Program-made: the position numbers and the translations under genes
The notes under the pieces: generated by a model
The model's database searches: none
Seen by the model: only the letters and a program-made list of their open reading frames with translations
What the model was told of the DNA's origin: nothing
DNA from: a virus
Lineage: Duplodnaviria > Caudoviricetes
Direction: 5' to 3' (one strand)
Length of the DNA: 36,595 bases
Virus record (IMG/VR): IMGVR_UViG_3300020598_000096
Span: 1 to 36,595 of that record
Shown: positions 36,221-36,595 of the stretch, one piece after another
How the letters are laid out: the number at the start of each line of letters is the position of its first letter
Numbering within the stretch: the stretch's first letter is position 1

Positions 36221-36595
36221 TTAAGCGCCGACGAGATTTTCTAGGTTCAATACCCAAGCTTCTTCCGGCTGGATGCCCCACGCCGTTTGGAAGCCGATCC
36301 GGCCGACGTCGTATTCAGCCAACCCAGTGGCCTCTACAAGCTGCTCTTGGCTGGCATGGCGAGCCGCGCGGAACCAGCGGACTACCAGGTCTTCCTCAGG
36401 CGTCAGTTGGCTCGACGTCCGATTGTGCGGAGCAGCTCTGATTTCTTCACCAGCAAGCGCATGCCTGTAGACCGCACGGATGCGAGATTTCGTGACTAGA
36501 TTGCCGACCGTCCAGCTGTCCTGTTCATCATTGAAAGGTAGACGTCGGAAATCGGGATCGCTCGCGATGTAGAGAGCGGCTTCCTGCCGGAGCAT
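36221..36595 (-). CDS. Hypothetical protein with possible C-terminal HTH; may be 5'-truncated by the window edge
   Basis: SQEQLVEATGLAEYDVGRI; the ORF begins at the last base of the window. Confidence 0.55.
   Translation of the reverse strand: MLRQEAALYIASDPDFRRLPFNDEQDSWTVGNLVTKSRIRAVYRHALAGEEIRAAPHNRTSSQLTPEEDLVVRWFRAARHASQEQLVEATGLAEYDVGRIGFQTAWGIQPEEAWVLNLENLVGA

Larger units (their letters stand above)
1..36595. mobile_element. Lambda-like temperate siphophage with a plasmid replicon (phage-plasmid or prophage); ends not defined in window
   Basis: Contiguous terminase-portal-capsid-tail-lysis modules on + strand, plus a Rep_3 initiator with iterons; no integrase recognised. Confidence 0.9.

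Noticed and set aside
1-36595. Integrase, tRNA/att site, diversity-generating retroelement, protelomerase, IS element
   Set aside because: No recombinase, reverse transcriptase or transposase motifs and no tRNA-like structure recognised in the window.

Overview
The window is an almost complete temperate siphophage from an alphaproteobacterium, probably Rhizobiales (inferred from the GAAC-N7-GAAC SOS boxes and the gene families). It carries a plasmid-type Rep_3 initiator with palindromic iterons, and no integrase, CI repressor or parA was recognised, so it is a phage-plasmid candidate. Gene order: accessory genes (HEPN-like, Zn-ribbon, soluble FtsH-like AAA protease, metallophosphoesterase); Rep and a repeat-rich origin (6.4-7.7 kb); a gpZ-like gene; an antisense moron block with an HrgA-like nuclease; a cos-like site; Nu1/gpA terminase, gpW, lambda-type portal, HK97-type protease, gpD- and gpE-like head genes; a putative head-fibre cluster; a non-contractile tail with a -1 frameshift chaperone; a T5 A1-like nuclease plus a minimal amino-methyltransferase; and a LexA-boxed lysis cassette. 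Most notable: (1) the palindrome GACGTC occurs about 96 times by manual tally, roughly 9-fold over a simple compositional expectation; (2) the A1-like nuclease/methyltransferase pair may be linked to that motif; (3) LexA boxes sit directly on the lysis and capsid genes; (4) three degenerate origin repeats keep invariant internal spacing; (5) a candidate anti-Shine-Dalgarno sRNA is complementary to the RBS of the A1-like gene. All family assignments come from motif recognition, not database searches.
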